NCBI RefSeq assembly: GCF_964204645.1
Contig: NC_134031.1
Coordinates: 6,634,001 to 6,698,000 of the forward strand
Reading direction: 5' to 3'
Source of the DNA: Tubulanus polymorphus
Lineage: Eukaryota; Animalia; Nemertea
DNA: 64,000 bases
The stretch's first letter is position 1; the number at the start of each line of letters is the position of its first letter. The position numbers and the translations under genes were made by a program. A model generated the notes under the pieces. It had not been told where the DNA came from and ran no database searches. It saw only the letters and a program-made list of their open reading frames with translations. This document shows, one piece after another, positions 52,710 to 63,896 of the stretch.

Positions 52710-53784
52710 ATTTAAATGAATCATCAAACCCCCTATGAAACCACTGTTTCTGCGTAACTATGTGGGCTCTGTAGCCACACAACCTCCACCAACAATAATC
52801 TATGGCACACTATTTTCCGATGTACAGAATACGAATTGTGTACTCTTCGATGGCTTTAACTTTATCTTTAGTTCTCTTCGTGTGTCGGGCTTCAACACAA
52901 TTTACACCATTTTCGCGCGCTACTATTCGAGTCACTCTTCTGGCCACAATTAATATGGCTAGTGTTCTGACACCTGAAGCAAACACGGAACCCTGGTCAC
53001 GGTTTCTATTAAACACCGGATTGCGCATTTTCATAACGCTGTCATAGCTTCACGCGAATTCTGGCTTTCTCGGTTTCTTCATAGCTTCTCAAAGCTTGTT
53101 TGAAATCGGAGAATTCTTGTGCCTTCTCGTTTTGAGTTATTACAACCACAAAGGGCTTATACGATACCGGCAACCCTTTTAATGCTGAATTGCTATTAGC
53201 AAACTGTCCGAAATATTCTCATCAGCTTCCCTCAGGGCTGTAGCTGCTTTTTCAGCCCTAACGACATAGTCAGTTATTGACTCTGAATTCGTTTTTACAA
53301 AGACGTAAGTTCCGTGTAAAGGGAAATAATTCTCGGTTTTCCCTTACCTTTGTAATGCTGACGCAAAATATCCATAGTCTTTTCGCCATTGACCTTTCCA
53401 TCCCGCCGTTTCCATTGTCGTATAAGTATTGTATAATCTCGGCAAATGCCTTTCTTCATTTTTATCATCGTTCACAACTTTTCTTTCAACGACGTCTTTC
53501 AACTTTTGTTTTTTGAGATAACCCATTATCCTAATCTCCCAGTGTTCAAAATCGTTTTCTTCTCCACTGAAACAAAGTCTTGCATATCGACCAGGCTCGG
53601 GCCTGGGCCCATAACCTGTTGAGGGTTCTGTGTTAGACGAATGAGCCTGGATCACTGATTGACTTTGATTAGCCATTTTGAGTGAGTTCGAAGGTCAAAT
53701 TCGTTTGGATGCGGCTGTAGTAAAAATATGTTTGCATGCAGCTTCGGGTTACTGACAACATGCAGCTCTAATGAATCCTTACCA
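52710..53784 (-). mobile_element. Copia remnant copy 3
   Basis: Homologous to 29220-30331; PBS complement CTGGGCCCATAACC at about 53603. Confidence 0.85.
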
Positions 53785-54745
53785 TTGTCCGTAAAATTAA
53801 CACACCAATTTCTGCGTTTCTGCATTTCTGCATTTCTGCATTTCTGCGTTTTGAAGAAACCGACCAGATATCGTTTTCCGCAGGTGCAATTGGGAGATAA
53901 TTCTAAGCGACGCTTGAAAATGTTGTACATGGTATGTTCTATTCTGATCTATAATCATTTCAAATACTTGCTCTGTAATAAGCCGAAACAGCACTGCACT
54001 ACTAAAATGTATTATCATACATGCCTATTACTGATATCTGCAAAACTATCCGTACAGATTGCATTCCTGGTAAAACAGAATCAAGTCCTTCATCGATATC
54101 GTGAAGGTCCTTCATTCTATATATGTGATTGAATAGATATATTTCAAATATGTAGATAGATACCCATCTCTAGAAAAAGTTAAGTATTATCAATGCTTTG
54201 GTTTCAACTTTCATTCTTTATTTGCTAAAGTCATTTTCCCTTGCACCAAGAACTGATAACGTTTATGAACGCAATCTGGTGGAGCTTTGCGCATTCAGCG
54301 CTTGCTGGTATCGAAACTAATGATAATAATTCGTTTTCTTACTTGACACTTTACAAATTGAATTTAATCTCGGCGCTTTACAAAGTGTAAAGATAAAAAT
54401 CATAAGATACAATGAAACATTGGGTTATTAAGAAGATATAAAAATATAATCACATTTCAAATGTTCCTCTAAAAATTACTAGCATCACTTAAGAGCAGAT
54501 ATTAGATTAGCCGCATCTCACTCCAATTATAAGTCTATCTGGTCAAAGAGATCGATGAGTTTTTTTAATTTGAACATCTATGTGTATTGGGGACAAAATG
54601 TGAAGAAAGTTCTTTAACTGACCATAATATCACTTTTCAAATATTCCTTTTTTTAGTATGTTTTGAGCTTTTTTGGAGCGGAAAATAGCCACAGCTACGT
54701 CCGGTGGGTGTAGATGAAATACGTGCTATGATATCATTCTGTAAT

Positions 54746-55852
54746 CTATTTCTCGAAACGGGGCCGAAATAGTTGCATACCAGCTTGTCGGAAATGCCGA
54801 TTCGTAACGCTATAAATAAAGAAATTAGCGCACGAATCCACCACGGTCATAAGAATGCCGATTTTTCGGAAAACCATATTAAACCTGTAATTGCTAATGT
54901 TAAATCCTTTCCCTAAAAGTCGATCAATAAGAAAAATCGATTCGCAGACGATAAAAACGGATACGACTGCGATAACCATCCGCATCACTCGCTGTTCTTT
55001 CGTGCCCGATTCTCTCCGGTTGTTCAACATTGATGATATTTTACTGCGGTTCCTCCTCTTGAATAGTAAACTGATAATCAATGCCGCATTTGTTATACAT
55101 AATGATGTGAGTGGAACCATGACAGCTATAATGTATTCAGTCCATTTAAAGATTTTCTTACTCCAATCTAATAGGAAGCGGCGGACCTTCAGACTCTTGA
55201 TAAGTGGAACCCCTCTGTTAACTGAAATACTTGGTCCGTATTCTCCACATGGCTTAATGAACACAAAGCGCCCCCTGGGAACAAGTTGGGGTATATACAT
55301 CGTTACCGCGAAAAGATGTATGAAAATCAATATAGAATTGACGATTTTTCTTGACCAAAATATCCGGGATTTCAGCGGAAACATTACGATCATCAACCGT
55401 TCAAAACTTAACAACATTACACACCAGTTACGAGTCAGAAGGAATATGTAATAGCCCCCGTGGGAAACCTTGATGAAAGCTTTTCCAAATGCCCAGTCGT
55501 CTATTCGAAAAACAATATCACCTAAAAGCCGATAAACATGGGCCGTTCTCGCAGGGTACATGATGAACACAAACAGCGAGTAGAGCATATCATTGATAGA
55601 CACGGCTTTAATCAGATAATATGAGCGGTTTCTCATTTTGTCCAAAATGATAATAGTAAAAGCATTTGAAACTATGCTTATGATTGCTGCCGGTGCATAG
55701 AAACAGATGTAAATGTAGACGCTGAACTGATATAACCATTGGATAGGTTTCAATCGCCATTTGTCACAGTCGGTAAGTTGGATAAGGCTCGTCGTCGTTG
55801 TATTTTGCATTTCTGTCACCGCTTCGTTCGCGAGTGAACGCGGTGTCTGCAT
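54746..55852 (-). CDS. Intronless FMRFamide-receptor-like GPCR, diverged paralogue, 368 aa
   Basis: Intact ORF with the same 7TM motifs as 31284-32387. Confidence 0.92.
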   Translation of the reverse strand: MQTPRSLANEAVTEMQNTTTTSLIQLTDCDKWRLKPIQWLYQFSVYIYICFYAPAAIISIVSNAFTIIILDKMRNRSYYLIKAVSINDMLYSLFVFIMYPARTAHVYRLLGDIVFRIDDWAFGKAFIKVSHGGYYIFLLTRNWCVMLLSFERLMIVMFPLKSRIFWSRKIVNSILIFIHLFAVTMYIPQLVPRGRFVFIKPCGEYGPSISVNRGVPLIKSLKVRRFLLDWSKKIFKWTEYIIAVMVPLTSLCITNAALIISLLFKRRNRSKISSMLNNRRESGTKEQRVMRMVIAVVSVFIVCESIFLIDRLLGKGFNISNYRFNMVFRKIGILMTVVDSCANFFIYSVTNRHFRQAGMQLFRPRFEK

Positions 55853-56164
55853 TGAAAGATCTACTCGGTATATGGATGAAGAAGGCTGTCACCAGTGCGC
55901 GATACGAACCAATCACAATCCTACTCAAATGACAATCACTCCGACTAGCAAATCGACATCATCGCTCGTAGTTCACTCAGATCATCGAATAAATCAAAAT
56001 GTCCCGTATAAATCTTTAAGCAAACCGCGAGAAGCAGGAATGTCCAATCGCAAACCATTTAGCTGTTGCAAATTTCGGTGCATATTAGTAATTGTAATAT
56101 GTGGGTTTTCAGATCAGAGGGCGAGACACCACTCGTCACCACAAGAAATTTTTTTCCCTTATAA

Positions 56165-59100
56165 ATGGGGGAGAATGAACACCAACCAGAAAACAATAAT
56201 GTCAATAAAAATCAATATTATTGTCAATATTGTAAAAAATACATCGATACATCTCATAAAACACGACATGAAAAAACTGCAAATCATATAAAAAATGTAA
56301 TAGATTTTGAAACTCCAGAAAATTCTAATGAAAGAAAAGAAAGATTAGAAAATATGAATGTGGATGAAATAAAATGCGAAGTTTGTAATGAATTTATAGT
56401 AAAAAGGAATTATAATAGACATCTCGAATCACAAAAACACCACCAAAATTTGAGTAATAATGTTTTAGGAAAAGATTATTTTGATGATAAACCTCAAAAA
56501 GTAAAAAAAACCAACTTCAAAAGCTAAATCCATTTCAAATAAACCTTACATGGAAAATGTTAGAAATTATATTGATTCACTAGAAATAAAAGATACAATT
56601 GAAATCTTAGAAACATTACATAGTAAAATTGGTCCTGCAGCTATTATATTTAGATTTTTTAAAGGTACAACAATAGAAGATTATAGTAAATTTAATGAAA
56701 TAATAGAAAAAATACTAGATTTGATAACAGATGTTGAATATCCAAAAATTAGTATCTCTGGGAAAGTAAGTTTTATAAAGTCAGAAGAAAAAATGGATTA
56801 TAATACTCAAACACTCTCTGAAGAAATAATTTCAAAAACACAAATAAAAGAGAAGTTAGAAAAAATATTTAATGAATTTAAACGTCATATTGAAGAAAGA
56901 TATTTTGAAGGTTCTGGCTTAACATTGAATGAAATTATATATTTAGATTTAAATGTTTATAATACAAAAAGAAATAAAACATCAAAAAGTAATAAAATGT
57001 TTAAAAATGATTCAAACTTTACAACAGAAAAGGATATTAAAGCATCATCTTATATTAAATTACCATTTACAACAAAAGCAGTAATAAATATTCAAAATGA
57101 AGATAATAAATGTTTTCTATGGTCAATTATTAGTTGCTTACATCCAACACAGGAAAATGTTTGTAGAATAACAGATTATCGTAAATATGAAACATTATAT
57201 AAAATTGATCAATATCCAGTAACTATAAAAATGATTCCTAAAATAGAAAAAGTTAATAATTTAAAAATAAATGTATTCGAATTAATGCAATTACCAAAGA
57301 CAAAAGGTGAAAATATTAAAGATTATACATTGGAAGCTTTATATTTAACAGAATATTATGATGATGAAAATGCTATAGATTTGTTATATTATAAAAAAGA
57401 TGAAAATGAACATTATATGTGTTTAAAACAAATTGATTTATTCTTTAGAACAGAAAGTGATCATCATCGTAAAATTTATCTATGTAGAAAATGTTTATCT
57501 AAATTCTGACTGAGAATACATTATTAAAACATAAAGAATTATGTGATAATAAAGATTTTTGTAAATTAATAATGCCAACAGAAAAAGATTATAAATTGAA
57601 ATTTACTAATCATAAATTTAAAAATATTGTTCCATTTGTAATTTATGGGGATTTTGAATCGTTGAATAAAGAATAATTGAATTAAATGAAAACACAATAC
57701 AAGACCCACCAATTATAAATACAATTAAAAAAGTTCATCAAAGAGCTGCTGCTTATGGAATTTATATAAAATCAAATTATTCCGAATTATATGAAAGTCA
57801 ATATATTTCTTTTAGAGGTGAAAATGTAGTTAATGATTTTTGTGATAAAATGATTGAATTAGAAAGTGATTTTGCAAAATTATTAAACAAAAATAAAAGA
57901 ATAGTTATGACAAAAGAAGATGAAATTGATTTTAATTATGCAACTCATTGTTGTTACTGTGAAAAACGTTTTTATTCATTTGATAAAAAAGTTAGAGATC
58001 ATGATCATTTAAATTCAAAATATCGTGGAGCTGCTCATGAAGATTGCAATTTACAAGCTAAAAAGGTAAATTTCGTACCAATATTATTTCATAATTTATC
58101 AGGATATGATACCCATCTATTTATTAAACAATTATCGGGAAAATTGCGCGCAATTAATCAAGAAATAGAAGAATATAATGCTATGAATGAAGCAAATGTA
58201 AGAAAATATGATTTTAAACTATTAGCTAAAACATCTGAAAATTATATTTCATTTCAATTTGGTTGCATTAGATTTTTAGATTCTTATAGATTTCTAGCAA
58301 GTTCATTAGATAATTTATCGTAAAGTTTAGTTGATAATGATTTTGTTATAACTCGATATTATTATCCAAATGAACAAGATTTTAAATTATTGAGATATAA
58401 AGGCGCAATTCCTTATTCATTTTATAAAACACATGATGATCTTAATGTAACAGAATTATTAAAAGATCAATTTTATGATCAATTAAAAAATGATTACGTG
58501 AAAGATGAAGTGTTTAATAGAACATTAAATATTTGGAACCATTTTAAGATGAAAAATCATGGTGAATTAGTTGATTTATATTTAAAATCAGATGTTATGA
58601 TATTGGCTGACATATTTGAAAAATTTAGAGAAGTTAATTTGAATCATTTTAATGTTGATCCTTGTTATTGCTACTCTAGTCCTGGTTTAACCTGGCAATG
58701 TGGTTTAAAATATACAAATGTAGAATTAGATTTATTAAAAGAACCAGATATGGTTTTATTATTTGAAAAATCAATTAGAGGTGGAATTAGTGGTGTTATG
58801 GGAGATAGGTATTTTAAAGCAAATGATGAATATAAATTATTATATATTGACGCCAATAATTTATATGGTTGGGCAATGATGCAACCTCAACCACATAAAA
58901 ATTTTATATTAACAGAAGTTGAAAATGGTGAAAAAACTGATTGGGAAAACGCAATTGCGAGTTTAAAAGATGAAGCACCAATTGGTTATTTCTTTGTAGT
59001 TGATTTAGAATATCCTGAAAATATAAAGTTTAAAACAAGAAACTTACCTTATTGCCCAGAACATTTAACTGTAGATGATAGTTATTTAAGTGAATACCAA

Positions 59101-61163
59101 AAGAAAATAAAACCGAAAGATCATGTTTTTACAGAAAAATTAATACTTACTCAAAATAATAAATACAATTATATTGTTCATTATAGAATGTTAAAATTTT
59201 ATCTAAAACAAGGAATGAAATTAAAGAAAGTACATAGATATATTGAATTTAATCAATCGAAGTGGTTAGAAAAATATATAGATTTCAATACTCAACAGAG
59301 AACCATTTCAAAAACAGATTTTGAAAAAGATTTTTTCAAATTGATGAACAATAGTTTTTATGGAAAAACATGTGAAAATATTAGAAATAGAAATGATATT
59401 GAATTAGTAAATAATTCTGAAAGATTAAGACATTTACAATCAAGTCCTAGACATTTAGGAAATAAGAGATTTGAAGATTATTTAACCGCAGTAAAATTAA
59501 AAAGAACTTCAATGAAATTTAATAAACCTATATTCATTGGTTCAACTGTTTTAGAAATATCAAAATTATTAATGTATGATTTTTATTATAATGTTTTACA
59601 ACCACTTTTTGGGGAAAAGCATATTGAAATATTATATTTTGATTCTGTAACAGCTGATACACCAATATTATTAAAATACAATAACCAAATATTAATAAGA
59701 AGAATTTCAGAAATAATTCCAAAACAAAATGAACTTTATATTTCATATGGTGAAAAAGAATTAATACAAATAAATGGTTTAATAGATGTTTGGACAAGAA
59801 ATGGATGGAAAAAATTAAAGAATATTATTAGACATAAAACAAATAAGAAAATCTATAGAGTTAGAACTAAATTAGGATTTGTAGATGTTACAGAAGATCA
59901 TAGTTTAATTAAACGAAATGGTGATGAAATAAAACCAACTGATATAAAAATTGGAGATGAATTATTACATAAAAGATTTTTCCAAAGAATGAATCATATG
60001 TCATTTGATGAAATAATTGATAATATTTATAATATAGAACCCGAAACATTAGAAGAAAAAGAATAATTTATCAAAGGATTTTTCATGGGCGATGGTTCAG
60101 CAGGTGTGTATAATTATGTTTGGGGTGATAAATATTGTTGGTATTTATGCAATCAAGACTTAAAATTATTAGAAAGAATTAAGAAATTCTGTGAAGAAGT
60201 TTATCCAAATAAAACATTTAGAATCATGGATGTTATGAAATCAACAGCAGTTTATAGAATACTTGTAAATAATCCTAAAGATTTTGCTATAAAATATAAT
60301 GATGAATTCTATATTCATGCAATAGTGAAAAGTAATACTTCAACTAAAGAAAAAATAGTACCAGATTATGTATTAAATACAAAAAATAATTTAAGAAAGT
60401 GGTTCTTCATTGGATTCTATGCAGCAGATGGTTCAAAAAGTTTCCAAAACCGCAAAACAATATCCTTTGCTCAAAAAGGAAAAGTTGCTATATCAGGATT
60501 GAATATATTATGTAGTTCATTAGGATTTAATATGAATATAGAATTAATTAAATCTAAACCAAATTGTTTTAATTTAAGGCATGTAGAAAATGAGTTAACA
60601 GAAGAAGTTAAAGATTTATTTGAAATATATAACCCAACTGACTATGTTTATGATTTATCAACAGATGATGGAACATTCAATTCTGGGTTCCCATTAATCC
60701 AAAAAATACCGATAGTTACATACTAAAAATCAAGACAAATGATATAACAAAAGACTTAAAAACATTAAAACATTATTTTGATTTTAGCAATTATCCCAAA
60801 GATCATGAACTATTTAGCAATGATAATAAAAAGATTCCTGGTAAATTTAAAGATGAATTAGGAGGTGATGAAATGATTGAATTTGTTGGGATAAGAAGTA
60901 AAATGTATAGTTACAGAACAAAAGATCATGAAGCTAAAAAGTTAAAAGGAATAACAAAACATGTGGTTGATAAACATATAGAATTTCAAGATTATATAAA
61001 GTGTTTATATAACTCAATTGTAATGAAACATAAAATGAATTGTTTAAGATCAGAAGATCATGAGATGTACATTAATGAAGTTGAAAAAACTAGTTTGAAT
61101 CCATTTGATGATAAAAGGCATATTTCAGATGATGGTATAAAAACATTACCTTATGGCTATTAA
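56165..61163 (+). pseudogene. polB: Protein-primed family B DNA polymerase with intein (about 6 stops/frameshifts)
   Basis: Two N-terminal zinc fingers; NIQNEDNKCFLW (OTU-like region); DFES (ExoI); RDHDHL..YRGAAH..CN (HNH/EndoVII-like); FHNLSGYD; RFLDS; DANNLYGWAM; KLMNNSFYGK; YFD|TDS; GKFKDE; SKMYSY; DDKR. Confidence 0.95.
59644..60707 (+). mobile_element. Intein with LAGLIDADG homing endonuclease, in PolB motif C
   Basis: YFD|SVTADTPILL (block A), VTEDHSL (block B), GFFMGDGS and GFYAADGS (blocks C/E), YVYDLST (block F), then Q-K-N|TDS once one A is restored in the A6 run at 60701-60706. Confidence 0.93.
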
Positions 61164-62464
61164 AACATAAAATCAATATCATCAAACTCGAAATCACTAT
61201 TGTCTTCTTCATTTTCATTTAATTGTTTAGGTTCTTCTTCTTCCATTCCATTTTTTTCATTTAAATAAAGTTCTATCTTTTTCCACATTTCATCTCGCTC
61301 TCTTTGTTTCTTTTTGTTTGTTAATTCATCAAATGGAATTATAATATCTAGGTTTAAATAATTTACAATCTTATTTAAAAAGAATTCATAATTTATTGAA
61401 TCTGTTATTCTATTTTCTAAATGATACATTAATATTTGTTTGAATATTTTTTTTATATTTTCTATATCTTCTTCTGTTAATTTAGGTCTTTCATAATAAT
61501 CGTTAAATAATAAATATAAATACATTTTCTTTTCTTTTGTGTTAAATGTTGACGGAATAATTGTATTTATAATATCTTTTTTAGTTATTTCACCATTTTC
61601 ATTTTCTGTTATTTTCATTTCTTCAAGCCATTGCATATATTCTAATGTATGATCTTCCATAGAAAATATCTTAAAAATTTCATCAAGATAATTTAATTTT
61701 GGTTCTATGAGAAAATCTCTAGTTTTTTCTTCACCCCATAAATTCCTTTGCCATCCACATTCATTACAAAATATAACAGGACCTTCTTGTCTTAAATACT
61801 CATAAATACATTGTGGGCATTTTTGTTTATAAATTATTGGTAATAGATCTTCATTAAGCTCTTGGTATTTTCTTACGTTTTCTTTATGTTTTATTGTTCT
61901 ATTATGTAGATTTGAATTACTTGTTGTAATAATCAATTTACAATATTTACAATAATATGTTTTTCTTGTTAATTCATTATATTGTTTTTCTAACTTTTCA
62001 ACTGTTTCTTCATTATCTGGTAACGTTTTCCCATATTTTATTTTTTCTAATAAATTATTTTTTCTTTCATTGAATTCAGTTTCAAATTTATTAGAAATTT
62101 TATCTATATGTACTTTACGAAATTGATGATTCTCCCAATCTTCTATATTTTCGGGGTTATATTTTATTCGACAAGGCTCACAGAAATGATCTTTTATATT
62201 ATCCTTATCATAGAATAAGAAAGGTCTTTTCCAAATAATTTCAGGTTCAACTTCAACAGAATTACTATCAACATTAGCCGTTGCACCATTAATTCTACAC
62301 TTCTCTGAATGTTTTTTAACATAATTTCTTGAGAATAATTTATTACATTTTAGACAGTTTAGTTTAGGGGGTTTATAATTTTCTTCATGTTTTTTCATAT
62401 GTCGAGCCATATTACTTTTACTTTGAAGTTCACCACAAATTTCGCATGCTATCTTCACTTCCAT
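61160..62464 (-). CDS. Multi-zinc-finger protein with C-terminal poxvirus VLTF3-like (late transcription factor) region, 434 aa
   Basis: Several CxxC..H fingers; CPQC-x13-CNECG ribbon; C-terminal IFKQI..SINYEFFLNKI..L..KKKQRERDEMWKKI resembles the VLTF3 C-terminus. Confidence 0.65.
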   Translation of the reverse strand: MEVKIACEICGELQSKSNMARHMKKHEENYKPPKLNCLKCNKLFSRNYVKKHSEKCRINGATANVDSNSVEVEPEIIWKRPFLFYDKDNIKDHFCEPCRIKYNPENIEDWENHQFRKVHIDKISNKFETEFNERKNNLLEKIKYGKTLPDNEETVEKLEKQYNELTRKTYYCKYCKLIITTSNSNLHNRTIKHKENVRKYQELNEDLLPIIYKQKCPQCIYEYLRQEGPVIFCNECGWQRNLWGEEKTRDFLIEPKLNYLDEIFKIFSMEDHTLEYMQWLEEMKITENENGEITKKDIINTIIPSTFNTKEKKMYLYLLFNDYYERPKLTEEDIENIKKIFKQILMYHLENRITDSINYEFFLNKIVNYLNLDIIIPFDELTNKKKQRERDEMWKKIELYLNEKNGMEEEEPKQLNENEEDNSDFEFDDIDFMF

Positions 62465-62532
62465 TTATTAAGGAAAAATTTTATTAAAATTAATTTTTAG
62501 TGATGAGCGGTAATTTTTTTATGTTATAAATA

Positions 62533-63291
62533 ATGGTAGAATTAAAAGAATACAGAATATTTGTTGATTCTAGAAAACTTACAAATTATAAATCTCATAA
62601 TTTACTAGTACAATTAGATAGAGAATTTAAGAATTGTGTTGATTTAAAATTAGTAAATGTAAGTTTATGTAATTCTTTTTATAATATATCGGATAAAACT
62701 ATTGAACATAGAGCCTTTTTAATTTTTGATAAAAATAAAGATGAATGGTCCTATATATATTTAAAACCGGGGTTATATAATTTAGATACATTAGTACAAG
62801 AAATTAATAGAAAAGCCTGGCACAAATTAGGTAGTAGTTCTGGGTTTGGTATTAGATTTTTAAAAAGTGAAAGTTCTGTTAGAATAAAGATAAGGTTGTC
62901 TAATAGTGAAAAACATAAATTTATGGTAAAAAAACCTATAGCTAAACTGTTAGGAATTCTTCCAGATAGATCTTTTACAAATATTGATGCTACACCAAAC
63001 TTAATACCTTACACACATTTCTATATTTATTGCAATTTAATCGATCCTACAAAAACATTCGAAGCAACTAAAGATATAACTTGTAATTCTGGTTTATTAA
63101 ACATTTTACCATTGAAGAATGTTAAAGAATTTGGAATGCAAATAAATTATAATTTAACAGAATGTGATTTCAAACCATGCATTCCTCGTTTTAATAATTT
63201 TAGATTAGAAATTAGAAATCATAATGGATACTTAATTGATTTAAATAATTTCCCTGTAATTTATGAATTAGTTATAAGATGTAAAGAGTAA
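62533..63291 (+). CDS. Minor capsid (penton-like single jelly-roll) protein, 252 aa
   Basis: Polinton/PLV mCP pattern: IFVDSR, NSFYNI, PGLYN, FYIYCNLI, LLNILP, FRLEIRNHNGYLIDLNN..VIYEL. Confidence 0.8.
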   Translation: MVELKEYRIFVDSRKLTNYKSHNLLVQLDREFKNCVDLKLVNVSLCNSFYNISDKTIEHRAFLIFDKNKDEWSYIYLKPGLYNLDTLVQEINRKAWHKLGSSSGFGIRFLKSESSVRIKIRLSNSEKHKFMVKKPIAKLLGILPDRSFTNIDATPNLIPYTHFYIYCNLIDPTKTFEATKDITCNSGLLNILPLKNVKEFGMQINYNLTECDFKPCIPRFNNFRLEIRNHNGYLIDLNNFPVIYELVIRCKE

Positions 63292-63307
63292 TTTTTTCAC
63301 TATATAA

Positions 63308-63649
63308 ATGAATATAACTGTTGGACCGAGTATATGTTTTGGGTTTGATTTTAAACATGGTAAAGAAATGAGAATTAAACTAAATGATGTAATTACTGAT
63401 ATAAAAAGTAAATCATTTAACAATGCATCAATGATTGATAAAGAAAATTATAATATAGAAAAAGTAATTGATTTAATTAAATCACCTTTAGAATATTATG
63501 AATTAAATGAAGATGGAATTATTGATGATATCAAAAACATATTATCCAAAATATATGATAATCATAAAACTAGTAATGAAATAAATGTTGAAATAATCAT
63601 CACTAAGATAACAAAATATTTTGATGATAGTAATTTTTTTGATAAATAA
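63308..63649 (+). CDS. Element hypothetical protein, 113 aa
   Basis: TAAATG start; conserved in remnants at 3931 and about 35195. Confidence 0.7.
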   Translation: MNITVGPSICFGFDFKHGKEMRIKLNDVITDIKSKSFNNASMIDKENYNIEKVIDLIKSPLEYYELNEDGIIDDIKNILSKIYDNHKTSNEINVEIIITKITKYFDDSNFFDK

Positions 63650-63871
63650 ATGAGTGATAATAAGTGGATAATAACTGGATTATATAATGGCGCATTATTA
63701 TCAGTTGGAACTGTTGGTTATTCAATGGTATTAAAAAAAGTATTTAAAATGGGAAGTGTTAATGTTGATAGATTTGATATAAATGATATTTTAAAGTTAA
63801 CATTAGCAGTTACTTTATCTAATTTAACTATTGATTATTTGGAAAAACAGAAATATATTCCTCCCATATAA
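63650..63871 (+). CDS. Small hydrophobic conserved Polinton/adintovirus protein, 73 aa
   Basis: Two hydrophobic segments, ending DYLEKQKYIP; abuts the previous ORF by TAA-ATG; copies at 4281 and 35546. Confidence 0.7.
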   Translation: MSDNKWIITGLYNGALLSVGTVGYSMVLKKVFKMGSVNVDRFDINDILKLTLAVTLSNLTIDYLEKQKYIPPI

Positions 63872-63896
63872 ATGCATAATTTTTTTTGCTAAATAA

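Noticed and set aside
54891-56291. Antisense ORFs over the GPCR (also 55-249, 559-750, 31429-31989, 23480-23776)
   Set aside because: Shadow frames with no motifs; they recur only because the DNA is duplicated.
59644-60066. Hedgehog-type Hint domain of a host gene
   Set aside because: It sits precisely inside PolB motif C, contains endonuclease motifs and has an Asn|Thr C-terminal junction, all diagnostic of an intein.
56165-61163. Programmed frameshifting or an alternative genetic code in pPolB
   Set aside because: The lesions are heterogeneous (TAA substitutions and +/-1 indels), and neighbouring ORFs use the standard code; decay or sequencing error is simpler.
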